Positions 42,017-50,095 of a stretch of 64,000 bases of DNA are shown one piece after another. The notes under the pieces were generated by a model. That model had not been told where the DNA came from, did no database searches, and worked only from the letters and a program-made list of their open reading frames with translations. Origin of the DNA: Flavobacteriaceae bacterium (lineage in GTDB: Bacteria; Bacteroidota; Bacteroidia; Flavobacteriales; Flavobacteriaceae); contig JABXHN010000002.1 in the NCBI GenBank assembly GCA_013373635.1, forward strand, positions 75,570 through 139,569, in the 5' to 3' direction. How positions within the stretch are numbered: position 1 is the stretch's first letter; the number at the start of each line of letters is the position of its first letter. Made by a program: the position numbers and the translations under genes.

Positions 42017-42661
42017 ATGGAAAAGGATTTATCACATTACAGAAAAGCGTATACCAGAGGAAATTTGTCAAAAAGATCAGTTCCTGATAACCCGATGCAA
42101 CTCTTTCAGGAGTGGTTTTATCAGGTGGATGAATTATTTCCAGAGGACGAGGTCAATGCTTTTACAATTAGTACAATTGGTTTGGATGGATATCCAAAAT
42201 CGAGAGTCGTACTCTTAAAGAAGTACAACGAAGAAGGTTTTATATTCTATACCAATTACAACAGTGAAAAAGGAAAAGCCTTGAAGGTGAATCCTCATGT
42301 GTGTATGTCATTTTTTTGGCCCAAAATGGAACGTCAAGTAATTATAAAAGGCCTTGCAGAAAAAACCTCTGAATTGGATTCTGAAAATTACTTTGATTCA
42401 AGACCTATCGGCAGTCGCATAGGAGCAATAGTGTCACCACAGAGCGAAGTTATTGATTCTAGAGAAGTGATTGAAAATGAGAAACAGAGACTAGAGTCAT
42501 TGGATGCATCTGAACTCAAAAGACCTAAGCATTGGGGAGGATATCTCATACGTCCCCAATCAATTGAATTTTGGCAGGGTAGAGACAATAGATTACACGA
42601 TCGTATTCGCTATAATTTAGAGGCTGATTACAATTGGAAGATCGAACGTTTAGCACCTTAA
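42017..42661 (+). CDS. pdxH: Pyridoxamine 5'-phosphate oxidase
   Basis: ..IEFWQGRDNRLHDRIRY.. C-terminal signature. The ATG at 42017 is preferred. TATATTTG at 42003..42010 could be a -7 box. Confidence 0.92.
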   Translation: MEKDLSHYRKAYTRGNLSKRSVPDNPMQLFQEWFYQVDELFPEDEVNAFTISTIGLDGYPKSRVVLLKKYNEEGFIFYTNYNSEKGKALKVNPHVCMSFFWPKMERQVIIKGLAEKTSELDSENYFDSRPIGSRIGAIVSPQSEVIDSREVIENEKQRLESLDASELKRPKHWGGYLIRPQSIEFWQGRDNRLHDRIRYNLEADYNWKIERLAP

Positions 42662-42662
42662 G

Positions 42663-43151
42663 ATGAAACAGCTACTATTGATGAGACACGGCAAAAGCGG
42701 CTGGGATTTACAGGTTTCAGATTTGGATCGCTGCCTTACCCAAAGAGGAGTTGATGATGCCTATTTAGTTGCTGATGAATTCTCAAAGCAGGGAATCGAA
42801 TTTGATTTTGTATATTCGAGTCCCGCTAATAGAGCAATGCATACAGCGATGATCTTTTGTAGAGTTAATAACTGTGATTTAAATCGCTTTCAGTTGTCGG
42901 ATTCGCTCTATGATTTTTCAGGGGAACAGCTCAATCAATTTATACGATGTCTCGATAATAGTTACGATACGGTTGCAATATTTGGTCACAACAATGCGAT
43001 GAGTACTATCGTAAGTTGGTTATCAGAGCAGGGTCGAGTAGAAATTCCAACTGCAGGCTTAAGTTTTTTAACAGCACCAGTAGATAAATGGGAGGATTTT
43101 ACATCAGCTCAATTGAGTTGTCAACTATTTCCAAAGCAATTAAAACAATGA
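42663..43151 (+). CDS. Histidine phosphatase superfamily protein, SixA-like
   Basis: LLMRHGKS (RHG motif). ..SSPANRAMHT.. and ..FGHNNAMS... 162 aa. Confidence 0.78.
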   Translation: MKQLLLMRHGKSGWDLQVSDLDRCLTQRGVDDAYLVADEFSKQGIEFDFVYSSPANRAMHTAMIFCRVNNCDLNRFQLSDSLYDFSGEQLNQFIRCLDNSYDTVAIFGHNNAMSTIVSWLSEQGRVEIPTAGLSFLTAPVDKWEDFTSAQLSCQLFPKQLKQ

Positions 43152-45217
43152 AAGAAGAACAAAAAAAATACATCAATAGGGAACTCAGTTGGCTTCGTTT
43201 TAACGAACGAGTTCTACAAGAGAGTTATGATCAAACGGTTCCACTTGTAGAGCGATTGCGCTTTTTGGGAATCTTTTCTAATAACTTAGATGAATTTTTT
43301 AAAGTTCGCTATGCTACTGTAAAGAGAATTGTAGATGGTGGTAAGGAATTAGAAAATAAACTCAAATTAGAGCGTTCAAAAGAATTGTTGGATACGATTA
43401 CCAAAATAGTAATTGATCAACAAAACAGATCGCTTAAAATCCTTGTCGATATAGAAAATGAGCTGAATGAGAACAATATAATTGTCCTCAATGAAACACA
43501 GCTAAATGAAAGTCAAGCGACCTATGTTACGGATTATTTTATCAACAACTTGAGTAATATTCTTGTGACCATCATTTTAAATGAGTTGACCGAATTTCCC
43601 ATGCTAAAGGATTCAGCAGCCTATTTAGCTGTTAAGATGACCTTAAACGAAGGAAAGTCAAGTAACAGATATGCTCTTATAGAAATACCTAAAGAGATCG
43701 ACAGGGTTGTTGAATTACCTAATGAGGGAGATAAACAATACATTATGCTAGTGGATGATATCATTCGATTTAATCTCGGAAAGGTGTTTTCAATGTTTTC
43801 CTTTACAGATATCTGTGCTCATATGATTAAAATAACACGTGATGCAGAATTGGATCTAGACAATGATGTGAGTAAGAGTTTTATTGAAAAACTGTACCAT
43901 TCAGTAGAAGACCGTAAAATTAGCAATCCTGTTCGTTTTGTCTATGATAGAACGATTGGAGAGGATACCTTAGAATATTTAAAAGCTAAGATGCACGTAG
44001 AGAATACCGACAGTATTATTCCTGGAGGTCGTTATCACAACAGAAGGGATTATATTTCCTTTCCGAGTTTAGGAAAAAAGGAATTGACCTATGAGCCTGT
44101 AAAACCATTATTAGTTAAAGGAATCAAAAGAGAAGGGAGTTTAATCAAGCAAATAGCTGAAAAAGATTTTTTACAATACACTCCTTACCACACCTTTTCA
44201 TATATCACCAGATTTTTAAAAGAAGCGGCCTTAGATCCAGATGTAAAAAGCATTAAAATTACCATTTACCGCTTGGCAAAAAATTCTCAAGTAGTGTCCT
44301 CGTTGATCAATGCTGCTAAAAATGGTAAAAATGTAACAGCACTGATCGAATTACAAGCGCGATTTGATGAACACGCCAATATTAGTTATGCTGAATTACT
44401 TCAAAAAGAAGGGGTTAAAGTCATATTTGGTGTAAAAGGACTCAAGGTGCATTCTAAAATTTGCGTAATCGAACGTCAAGAAGGAAGAAAATTGATGCGT
44501 TATGGATTTATAAGTACCGGAAACTTTAATGAATCTACGGCTAAGGTATACACGGATTATACCATGTTTACAGCAAACCAATCAATTTTAAAAGAAGTGA
44601 GTAAGGTGTTTGAGTTTTTAGACACCCCTTTTATGCTCTATAAATACAAACACTTATTAGTTTCACCTCACACCACTAAAAGAGGTTTTAGAAAACTCAT
44701 TGATAATGAAGTAGCCAATGCTAAAGCAGGTAAGAAAGCAGGGATTCGTATTAAGTTAAATTCATTAACCTCCTATAAAATGGTCGACAAGCTTTACGAG
44801 GCATCTCAAGCTGGAGTAAAAATTCAATTGATCATCAGAGGAAATTGCTGTTTAATTCCAGGTATACCAGGAGTTAGTGATAATATTGAAGCGATTTCAG
44901 TAGTCGATAAATTCCTAGAACACCCTCGATTATTAATATTTGAAAATGACGGAGATCCAAAAGTCTATATTTCATCGGCTGATTGGATGACCAGAAATTT
45001 AGACAATAGAGTAGAGGTTAGTTGTCCTGTATACGATACAAATGTAAAACAAGAGCTGATCGACACCTTTGAAATTTCATGGAAAGACAATGTAAAGGCT
45101 CGATTATTGATCGATGAACACATCAGTCCTTACAAACAGCCTAAAAAAGGTGATAAACCTTTTAGATCTCAATTAGAACTTTATAAATACTATCAGAATA
45201 AATTAGAATCGAATTAG
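43148..45217 (+). CDS. ppk1: Polyphosphate kinase 1
   Basis: N-terminus YINRELSWLRFNERVLQE. Two PLD-like domains (..KVHSKICVIE..). The ATG at 43148 overlaps the preceding stop (ATGA). Confidence 0.95.
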   Translation: MKEEQKKYINRELSWLRFNERVLQESYDQTVPLVERLRFLGIFSNNLDEFFKVRYATVKRIVDGGKELENKLKLERSKELLDTITKIVIDQQNRSLKILVDIENELNENNIIVLNETQLNESQATYVTDYFINNLSNILVTIILNELTEFPMLKDSAAYLAVKMTLNEGKSSNRYALIEIPKEIDRVVELPNEGDKQYIMLVDDIIRFNLGKVFSMFSFTDICAHMIKITRDAELDLDNDVSKSFIEKLYHSVEDRKISNPVRFVYDRTIGEDTLEYLKAKMHVENTDSIIPGGRYHNRRDYISFPSLGKKELTYEPVKPLLVKGIKREGSLIKQIAEKDFLQYTPYHTFSYITRFLKEAALDPDVKSIKITIYRLAKNSQVVSSLINAAKNGKNVTALIELQARFDEHANISYAELLQKEGVKVIFGVKGLKVHSKICVIERQEGRKLMRYGFISTGNFNESTAKVYTDYTMFTANQSILKEVSKVFEFLDTPFMLYKYKHLLVSPHTTKRGFRKLIDNEVANAKAGKKAGIRIKLNSLTSYKMVDKLYEASQAGVKIQLIIRGNCCLIPGIPGVSDNIEAISVVDKFLEHPRLLIFENDGDPKVYISSADWMTRNLDNRVEVSCPVYDTNVKQELIDTFEISWKDNVKARLLIDEHISPYKQPKKGDKPFRSQLELYKYYQNKLESN

Positions 45218-45219
45218 AA

Positions 45220-45801
45220 TCAACCGTGTACCTCACTTTTAGTACCTAAGTTTTTCATAATTCCTGCCTCGTATTCAAGTAGATCGTTCCATTTGGGATC
45301 GACTAATTCTCTACCACCGTATTGTCTTGCAAAGTTCAAGAACATAGTGTAGTGATTGGCTTCACTGATCATTAAGTTGCGATAAAACTTAGCGAGTTCT
45401 TGGTCTTTGAGCTTTTCTGAGAGTAATCTAAAACGCTCACAACTCCTCGCTTCAATAAGTGCTGCATAGAGTAAACGATGAACGAGTTGAGTAGTTCTAC
45501 TTCCGCCTTTTGGGAAAAATTTCAAGAGCTGAATCACGTATTCATCTTTTCGATCACGACCGAGTTTCAACCCTCTTTTCTTGAGTAATTCATGAACCAT
45601 TTTTAAATGGGTCATTTCTTCTTTAGAGATTGCAATCATTTCATCGACTAGTTCGGTGTATTCAGGGAAGCTTACTATTAAAGATATAGCGGTACTAGCT
45701 GCCTTTTGTTCACAGAAAGCGTGATCGGTTAATATATCATCGATGTTTTTTTCTACAATATTGACCCATCTGGGATCGGTAGGTAATTTAAGTCCTAACA
45801 T
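45220..45801 (-). CDS. miaE: tRNA-(ms2io6A)-hydroxylase MiaE
   Basis: Di-iron four-helix pattern ..DHAFCEQKAASTA.. and ..ALIEARSCERF... Length of about 193 aa. Confidence 0.82.
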   Translation of the reverse strand: MLGLKLPTDPRWVNIVEKNIDDILTDHAFCEQKAASTAISLIVSFPEYTELVDEMIAISKEEMTHLKMVHELLKKRGLKLGRDRKDEYVIQLLKFFPKGGSRTTQLVHRLLYAALIEARSCERFRLLSEKLKDQELAKFYRNLMISEANHYTMFLNFARQYGGRELVDPKWNDLLEYEAGIMKNLGTKSEVHG

Positions 45802-45802
45802 A

Positions 45803-47575
45803 TTATGAAATATCTAAATCAAGTTTTGATCGAAGTAGATCTACATTTGGATTCTTCTCTCTCAGCTTTTCGTATTTTTCTTCTGGTGTAAACGCAAATT
45901 GTTTAGCAACTTCTTCACTAACGGTTATTTTTAAAGAGATTGCGTAATTATTGAGCTCTTTCTTTAAAAAGTTTAAAACACCTGATTGAGACCGTTCTAT
46001 CTCCTTTTTCATCGTATCATTTGGAAGTTCAATCCAAATTTTATGATCTTTTAATAGCTTAGGAATATCAGAATTTAAATTAGAAGCAAGTATCTTTTGC
46101 CCCTTAGCTTCAATTTCTTCTACGTATTGTGCCCACAATTCTTGCATTTTAGCTTCTTCAAATGCGTCTTCAGGAAGTATTTCTTCTTCTTTTGCATTTG
46201 AATTGAGTTCTTCTAAATGTTCTTTTTTCTTTCTAATACTCGAAAGGGAATATGCAGATACTGATTTTGGAGCAATATTAATTGAAGGAACTACTTCAAC
46301 TGCTTCTTCGGCTATAGGTGTTTCAGATTTTTCTTCGAGTGGAGCATCAACTTCAGATTCTATTTGAACCGCTTCTTTAATAGGCTCAGTTACTGCTGTT
46401 GTAGCAGTTCTCTCTTCAATCGAAACGTCAATGCGTTCAACTGGAGTATGCGCTGCAGAAGATTTAAAATAAGCTGTTGGAATTAAGCCTTGATTAGTTA
46501 GTGGCTTTTTTTTTTCACCACTCAAAGCAAGAGTAGCTAATTTCATCAAACAGAGTTCTACAAAAAGTCTTTTGTTTTTGGAACTTTTGTAATTGAGATC
46601 ACAATCATTGGCGAGATCAATCGCGTCGATTAAGAAATCTCTAGAGACTAATTTTGATTGTTGTTGGTATAATTCTCTTCCTTGTTGACTGATTTCCAAT
46701 AGACTAGAAGTTGATTGATACTGACAAATCAACAAATCTCTAAAGTGAGAAGCCAATCCTGTTATGAAGTGATGACCATCAAATCCCTTGTCTAGTAAAT
46801 CGTCAAATGCCAACATTAAATCAGGAATCGCTCCTTTTGAAATGAGTTCTGTAAATTCGATATACGATTCGTAATCGAGAACATTTAGATTTTCAGCTAC
46901 GACTTCTTTGGTAAGTTTTTCTGGTGCAAAACTAACGATGCGATCAAAAATTGAGAGAGCATCTCTCATGGCTCCATCTGCTTTTTGAGCAATGATGTGA
47001 AGGGCGTCTTCATCTGCCTCAATTTGTTGTTGTTCGGCTATATATTTTAAGTGCTCGACTGCATCTTTGACTGTGATTCTCTTAAAATCATAGATCTGGC
47101 AACGAGAAAGAATCGTTGGAATAATCTTGTGTTTCTCAGTGGTAGCCAATATAAAAATGGCGTGTGCAGGCGGTTCTTCTAAAGTTTTTAAAAAAGCGTT
47201 AAATGCTGATTGAGACAACATATGAACCTCATCGATAATATAGACTTTGTACTTTCCTTGTTGTGGAGGGATTCGAACCTGATCAATCAGTGATCTAATA
47301 TCCTCAACAGAGTTGTTCGAAGCTGCATCGAGCTCAAAAATATTAAAAGCAAAGTCTTCAAATTCACTAGTGTTCTCAGTAGCATTGATCTTTTTAGCGA
47401 GGATTCTAGCGCAGGTTGTTTTACCAACTCCACGAGGACCACAGAAGAGTAATGCAGAAGCTAAGTGATTTTTATTGATGGCATTTTCTAAGGTATCGGT
47501 AATAGAAGATTGCCCTACCACATCTTTAAATGTTTTAGGTCTAAATTTTCTTGCAGATACTAAGAATGGTTCCAT
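45803..47575 (-). CDS. dnaX: DNA polymerase III subunits tau (full length) and possibly gamma
   Basis: Walker A GPRGVGKTTCARILAK, DEVHMLS and the sensor region. Acidic, low-complexity C-terminal half. The ATG at 47575 is preferred over the TTG at 47602. Confidence 0.93.
   Translation of the reverse strand: MEPFLVSARKFRPKTFKDVVGQSSITDTLENAINKNHLASALLFCGPRGVGKTTCARILAKKINATENTSEFEDFAFNIFELDAASNNSVEDIRSLIDQVRIPPQQGKYKVYIIDEVHMLSQSAFNAFLKTLEEPPAHAIFILATTEKHKIIPTILSRCQIYDFKRITVKDAVEHLKYIAEQQQIEADEDALHIIAQKADGAMRDALSIFDRIVSFAPEKLTKEVVAENLNVLDYESYIEFTELISKGAIPDLMLAFDDLLDKGFDGHHFITGLASHFRDLLICQYQSTSSLLEISQQGRELYQQQSKLVSRDFLIDAIDLANDCDLNYKSSKNKRLFVELCLMKLATLALSGEKKKPLTNQGLIPTAYFKSSAAHTPVERIDVSIEERTATTAVTEPIKEAVQIESEVDAPLEEKSETPIAEEAVEVVPSINIAPKSVSAYSLSSIRKKKEHLEELNSNAKEEEILPEDAFEEAKMQELWAQYVEEIEAKGQKILASNLNSDIPKLLKDHKIWIELPNDTMKKEIERSQSGVLNFLKKELNNYAISLKITVSEEVAKQFAFTPEEKYEKLREKNPNVDLLRSKLDLDIS
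46505..46515 (-). other. Candidate recoding / transcriptional-slippage site in dnaX (A10 run containing in-frame A_AAA_AAG)
   Basis: Coding strand GGT GAA AAA AAA AAG CCA. This is the longest homopolymer I noticed inside a CDS in this window. The -1 frame reads GCC ACT AAC TAA. The +1 frame reads AGC CAC TAA. Confidence 0.5.
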
Positions 47576-47664
47576 ATTAACAAATATAAAAATCCTTCCC
47601 AAGATGTCCTATAACCACCTTTGAATTAAATGAGGAGTTATTAACAACCTAGTGGAAGTTTTGT

Positions 47665-47672
47665 TTATTTTT
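47665..47672 (+). promoter_or_regulatory. Candidate -7 promoter element (TATTTTTG) for rnpB
   Basis: Matches TAnnTTTG and ends 5 nt before the predicted P1 5' end of RNase P RNA. Confidence 0.5.
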
Positions 47673-47677
47673 GCTGC

Positions 47678-47960
47678 GAGCAGACCACCTTATCGCTCTT
47701 TAATTAGAGAGGAAAGTCCGGACACCACAGTGTAGCATAGCGGGTAACGCCCGTCCGTCGAAAGGCGAGGACAAGTGCAACAGAAAGAATGTACAGGTTA
47801 AGCTGTAGTGAAATCAGGTAAACTCTATGCGGTGCAACGCCATGTAAATCGACGTTTGAAGGCGACACGTCTGAGTCGAAGGGTAGGCGGATTGAGTCTT
47901 TGGGTAACCACTGGCCTAGATAAATGGTAAGGATATACAGAATCCGGCTTATGGTCTGCT
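47678..47960 (+). ncRNA. rnpB: RNase P RNA, bacterial type A
   Basis: Universally conserved GAGGAAAGTCCGGAC (P4 5' strand) and ACAGAATCCGGCTTA (P4 3' strand). GTGCAACAGAAAG, GGTAAACTC and CTAGATAAATGG elements. P1 pairs AGCAGACCA with TGGTCTGCT. A T-run follows. Confidence 0.9.
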
Positions 47961-47978
47961 TTTTTTATTAGTGAAAGA

Positions 47979-48533
47979 TTACTCTGATTCCTCCTCTTCT
48001 TTGGTGTAAAAACTAAATACTGAACTACCGTATTTCCTGTTTTCTAAAAAATCTTCATCTTCTTTGAGCTTGGTGTGTTTTTCGTGTTCGATGATCAAAC
48101 TTCCACCTGGATTTAAAAGTCCTCGTTCAAAAGTGATCTCTTTAAGTTTATTAAAGTCTGCAACATCCATATCATATGGAGGGTCTGCAAAGATTAGATC
48201 AAAACTATCAGCGGTTTTTTCCAAATAAGTAAATACGTCCATTTTGATGGCGTTAATTGGAAATTCAAGTTCTTTTGAGGTGTTTTCAATGTATTTGATA
48301 CATCCAAAATGAGCGTCTACTGCTGTGATATCGATACTTCCTCTCGAGGCAAATTCATAAGCGATGTTTCCAGTTCCAGAAAAGAGATCTAAAACGTTCA
48401 ACTCATCGAAGTAATATCGATTATTGAGAATGTTAAACAAGCCCTCCTTAGCCATATCAGTGGTCGGTCTTACTGGAAGATTTTTTGGAGCCTGAAGTCG
48501 TTTTCCTTTAAAGGTGCCTGAAATAATTCTCAT
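47979..48533 (-). CDS. rsmD: 16S rRNA (guanine966-N2)-methyltransferase RsmD
   Basis: MRIISGTFKGKRL.. N-terminus. SAM motif LDLFSGTG. IFADPPY. Confidence 0.9.
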   Translation of the reverse strand: MRIISGTFKGKRLQAPKNLPVRPTTDMAKEGLFNILNNRYYFDELNVLDLFSGTGNIAYEFASRGSIDITAVDAHFGCIKYIENTSKELEFPINAIKMDVFTYLEKTADSFDLIFADPPYDMDVADFNKLKEITFERGLLNPGGSLIIEHEKHTKLKEDEDFLENRKYGSSVFSFYTKEEEESE

Positions 48534-49306
48534 TGTGCTATAAGACTTATGAGTTCAATTTGATCCACATTGATAGATGAATTGAATTGATAGGGTAGTT
48601 CGGGAATATAAAAATGCACATTCTTTACAAACTCACAAATTCTCTTGTGGTTCGCATCATTAACATTAATGGCACCAAAGAGGTCCAGATTGATTATTTC
48701 AGGATCTAAGGCTAGTTGCTCAAAACTAAAAAGTAGGTAATAGAGCAATTCATCAGGATTTTGAATTTCAAAGACATTGAACAATGCCAATTTTTTGTCT
48801 TTAAATATTGATAAGCTCATAGAATGCCCCTCAATATAGGCGTAAGCCTTGTCTGAATTCAATTGCTTTTGTACAGGATATAACTTTTTCAAAAGAGCCG
48901 AGCTGTGATGAATGAAATCAAAAGTTGAAAAGCGATCCAATAAAGCGTTATTGACATGAGTAAAGGGAATATACACTGAATGAATATCGAGATCGACAAG
49001 ATAGTCAATTGCAGGGTTGTCATCTGCTAAAAGAGCTGCATTGTACTTTAGATAATCCCCCAAACAATTTGGATCGTAAAGAGAACTTGGAACTAAACTA
49101 AACCAAGGATTATTGTGTACTACAAGAACTTGCTGGTAATTGTGGTTCATCACTTGGTGTTTGTCTAAAAAATTAAGTAGTTCCTCTGGTAGATGACTTA
49201 AGGCAATAGGCTGGTAGTATTGTATCTGCTGAGACTGAATCACTTCGTTGCGATCCAGGTTTGTGATACAAAAAGAAAGTCCATTCAAACTCAATTGAAT
49301 GGACAA
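48530..49306 (-). CDS. DUF3822-like hypothetical protein
   Basis: Size, the LSIQLSLNGLSFC N-terminus and its position next to rsmD match what I recall of Bacteroidota DUF3822 proteins. Not verified by search. Confidence 0.55.
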   Translation of the reverse strand: MSIQLSLNGLSFCITNLDRNEVIQSQQIQYYQPIALSHLPEELLNFLDKHQVMNHNYQQVLVVHNNPWFSLVPSSLYDPNCLGDYLKYNAALLADDNPAIDYLVDLDIHSVYIPFTHVNNALLDRFSTFDFIHHSSALLKKLYPVQKQLNSDKAYAYIEGHSMSLSIFKDKKLALFNVFEIQNPDELLYYLLFSFEQLALDPEIINLDLFGAINVNDANHKRICEFVKNVHFYIPELPYQFNSSINVDQIELISLIAQ

Positions 49307-49347
49307 CTTATAATTGGTATGAATCTCGGTATCTATAACCTTATCAT

Positions 49348-49992
49348 TTATTGTTTTTTGTCGTATATCGGAGGCCAGTTACCATTCAAGCTTACATCGT
49401 TAATAGATCCTACTTGTATGATATTTCCGTTGATTTCTTCAACGCTAACAGCTGCATTTTCTTTGGCAACTAAGTCTTTTGGTTGGTCGTATAAAACGAC
49501 GTTTTTCTCAACATATGCTCTAAATACAGGAGCCTTATACCCTCCTTTTAAGATGATTTTTGATTCCAATTTGAATTTCTCTCCATTTTGAGCATAAGGA
49601 ACATTCATCATAGTTCTGTAACGTGTCGAATTCTTAAAGATAGAATCTTTAACAGAAACAGTACCTAAAGTATCGATGATTTGTACTTCTTCGAGCATAT
49701 CAATTCCGTATACTCTATTGAATTTCATATAAGATGAATCTCTCTTTTGAATGAGTGTAAATTCTCCATTCTCTACAAATTCAACTAAAGTTTCAAAATT
49801 AGCAGCAAATTTTCCATTTACCGTTTTGTAGGCTTCTTGAGAGTTTCTGATGTCCTTAAGTGAATTTACAACAGCTTGAAAACGTTCTTGTTTTACTTTT
49901 TTAAACTCAATTGGAGCATTTACAGATTTATAAATTTGATAACCAAATACCGCAGCTAAAATCCATAGTGCAAGCGTAATAAGTTTTTTCAT
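49348..49992 (-). CDS. Membrane-anchored hypothetical protein with a pilin-like N-terminal helix pattern
   Basis: MKKLITLALWILAAVFGYQIY anchor followed by ..AVVNSLKDIRNSQEAYKTVNGKFAANFETL... The ATG at 49992 is preferred. Confidence 0.5.
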   Translation of the reverse strand: MKKLITLALWILAAVFGYQIYKSVNAPIEFKKVKQERFQAVVNSLKDIRNSQEAYKTVNGKFAANFETLVEFVENGEFTLIQKRDSSYMKFNRVYGIDMLEEVQIIDTLGTVSVKDSIFKNSTRYRTMMNVPYAQNGEKFKLESKIILKGGYKAPVFRAYVEKNVVLYDQPKDLVAKENAAVSVEEINGNIIQVGSINDVSLNGNWPPIYDKKQ

Positions 49993-50061
49993 TACAGATA
50001 TAGTTTGTTTAATTTTTATGACTAAACACAAATCTACAATTTTTTTTTAATCGTGAAAGGT

Positions 50062-50089
50062 TTTGGCTGAAAAATCATGATTATATTTG
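50062..50089 (+). promoter_or_regulatory. Candidate promoter for the RecD-like helicase gene (TTTG-N16-TATATTTG)
   Basis: -7 motif at 50082..50089, 6 nt before the ATG at 50096. This argues against the TTG at 50087 as the start. The spacer is shorter than the 19-nt optimum. Confidence 0.35.
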
Positions 50090-50095
50090 GAGTCC

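Noticed and set aside
49220-49591. A 123-aa plus-strand ORF spanning the junction of two minus-strand genes.
   Set aside because: It overlaps the DUF3822-like gene and the membrane-anchored protein gene on the opposite strand. It has no motifs and a shadow-ORF composition.
50040-50048. A T9 homopolymer in the divergent promoter region between the membrane-anchored protein gene and the helicase gene, considered as a possible phase-variation tract.
   Set aside because: It is short, lies in generally AT-rich intergenic DNA, is not between recognisable -33 and -7 elements, and has no associated surface or restriction gene.
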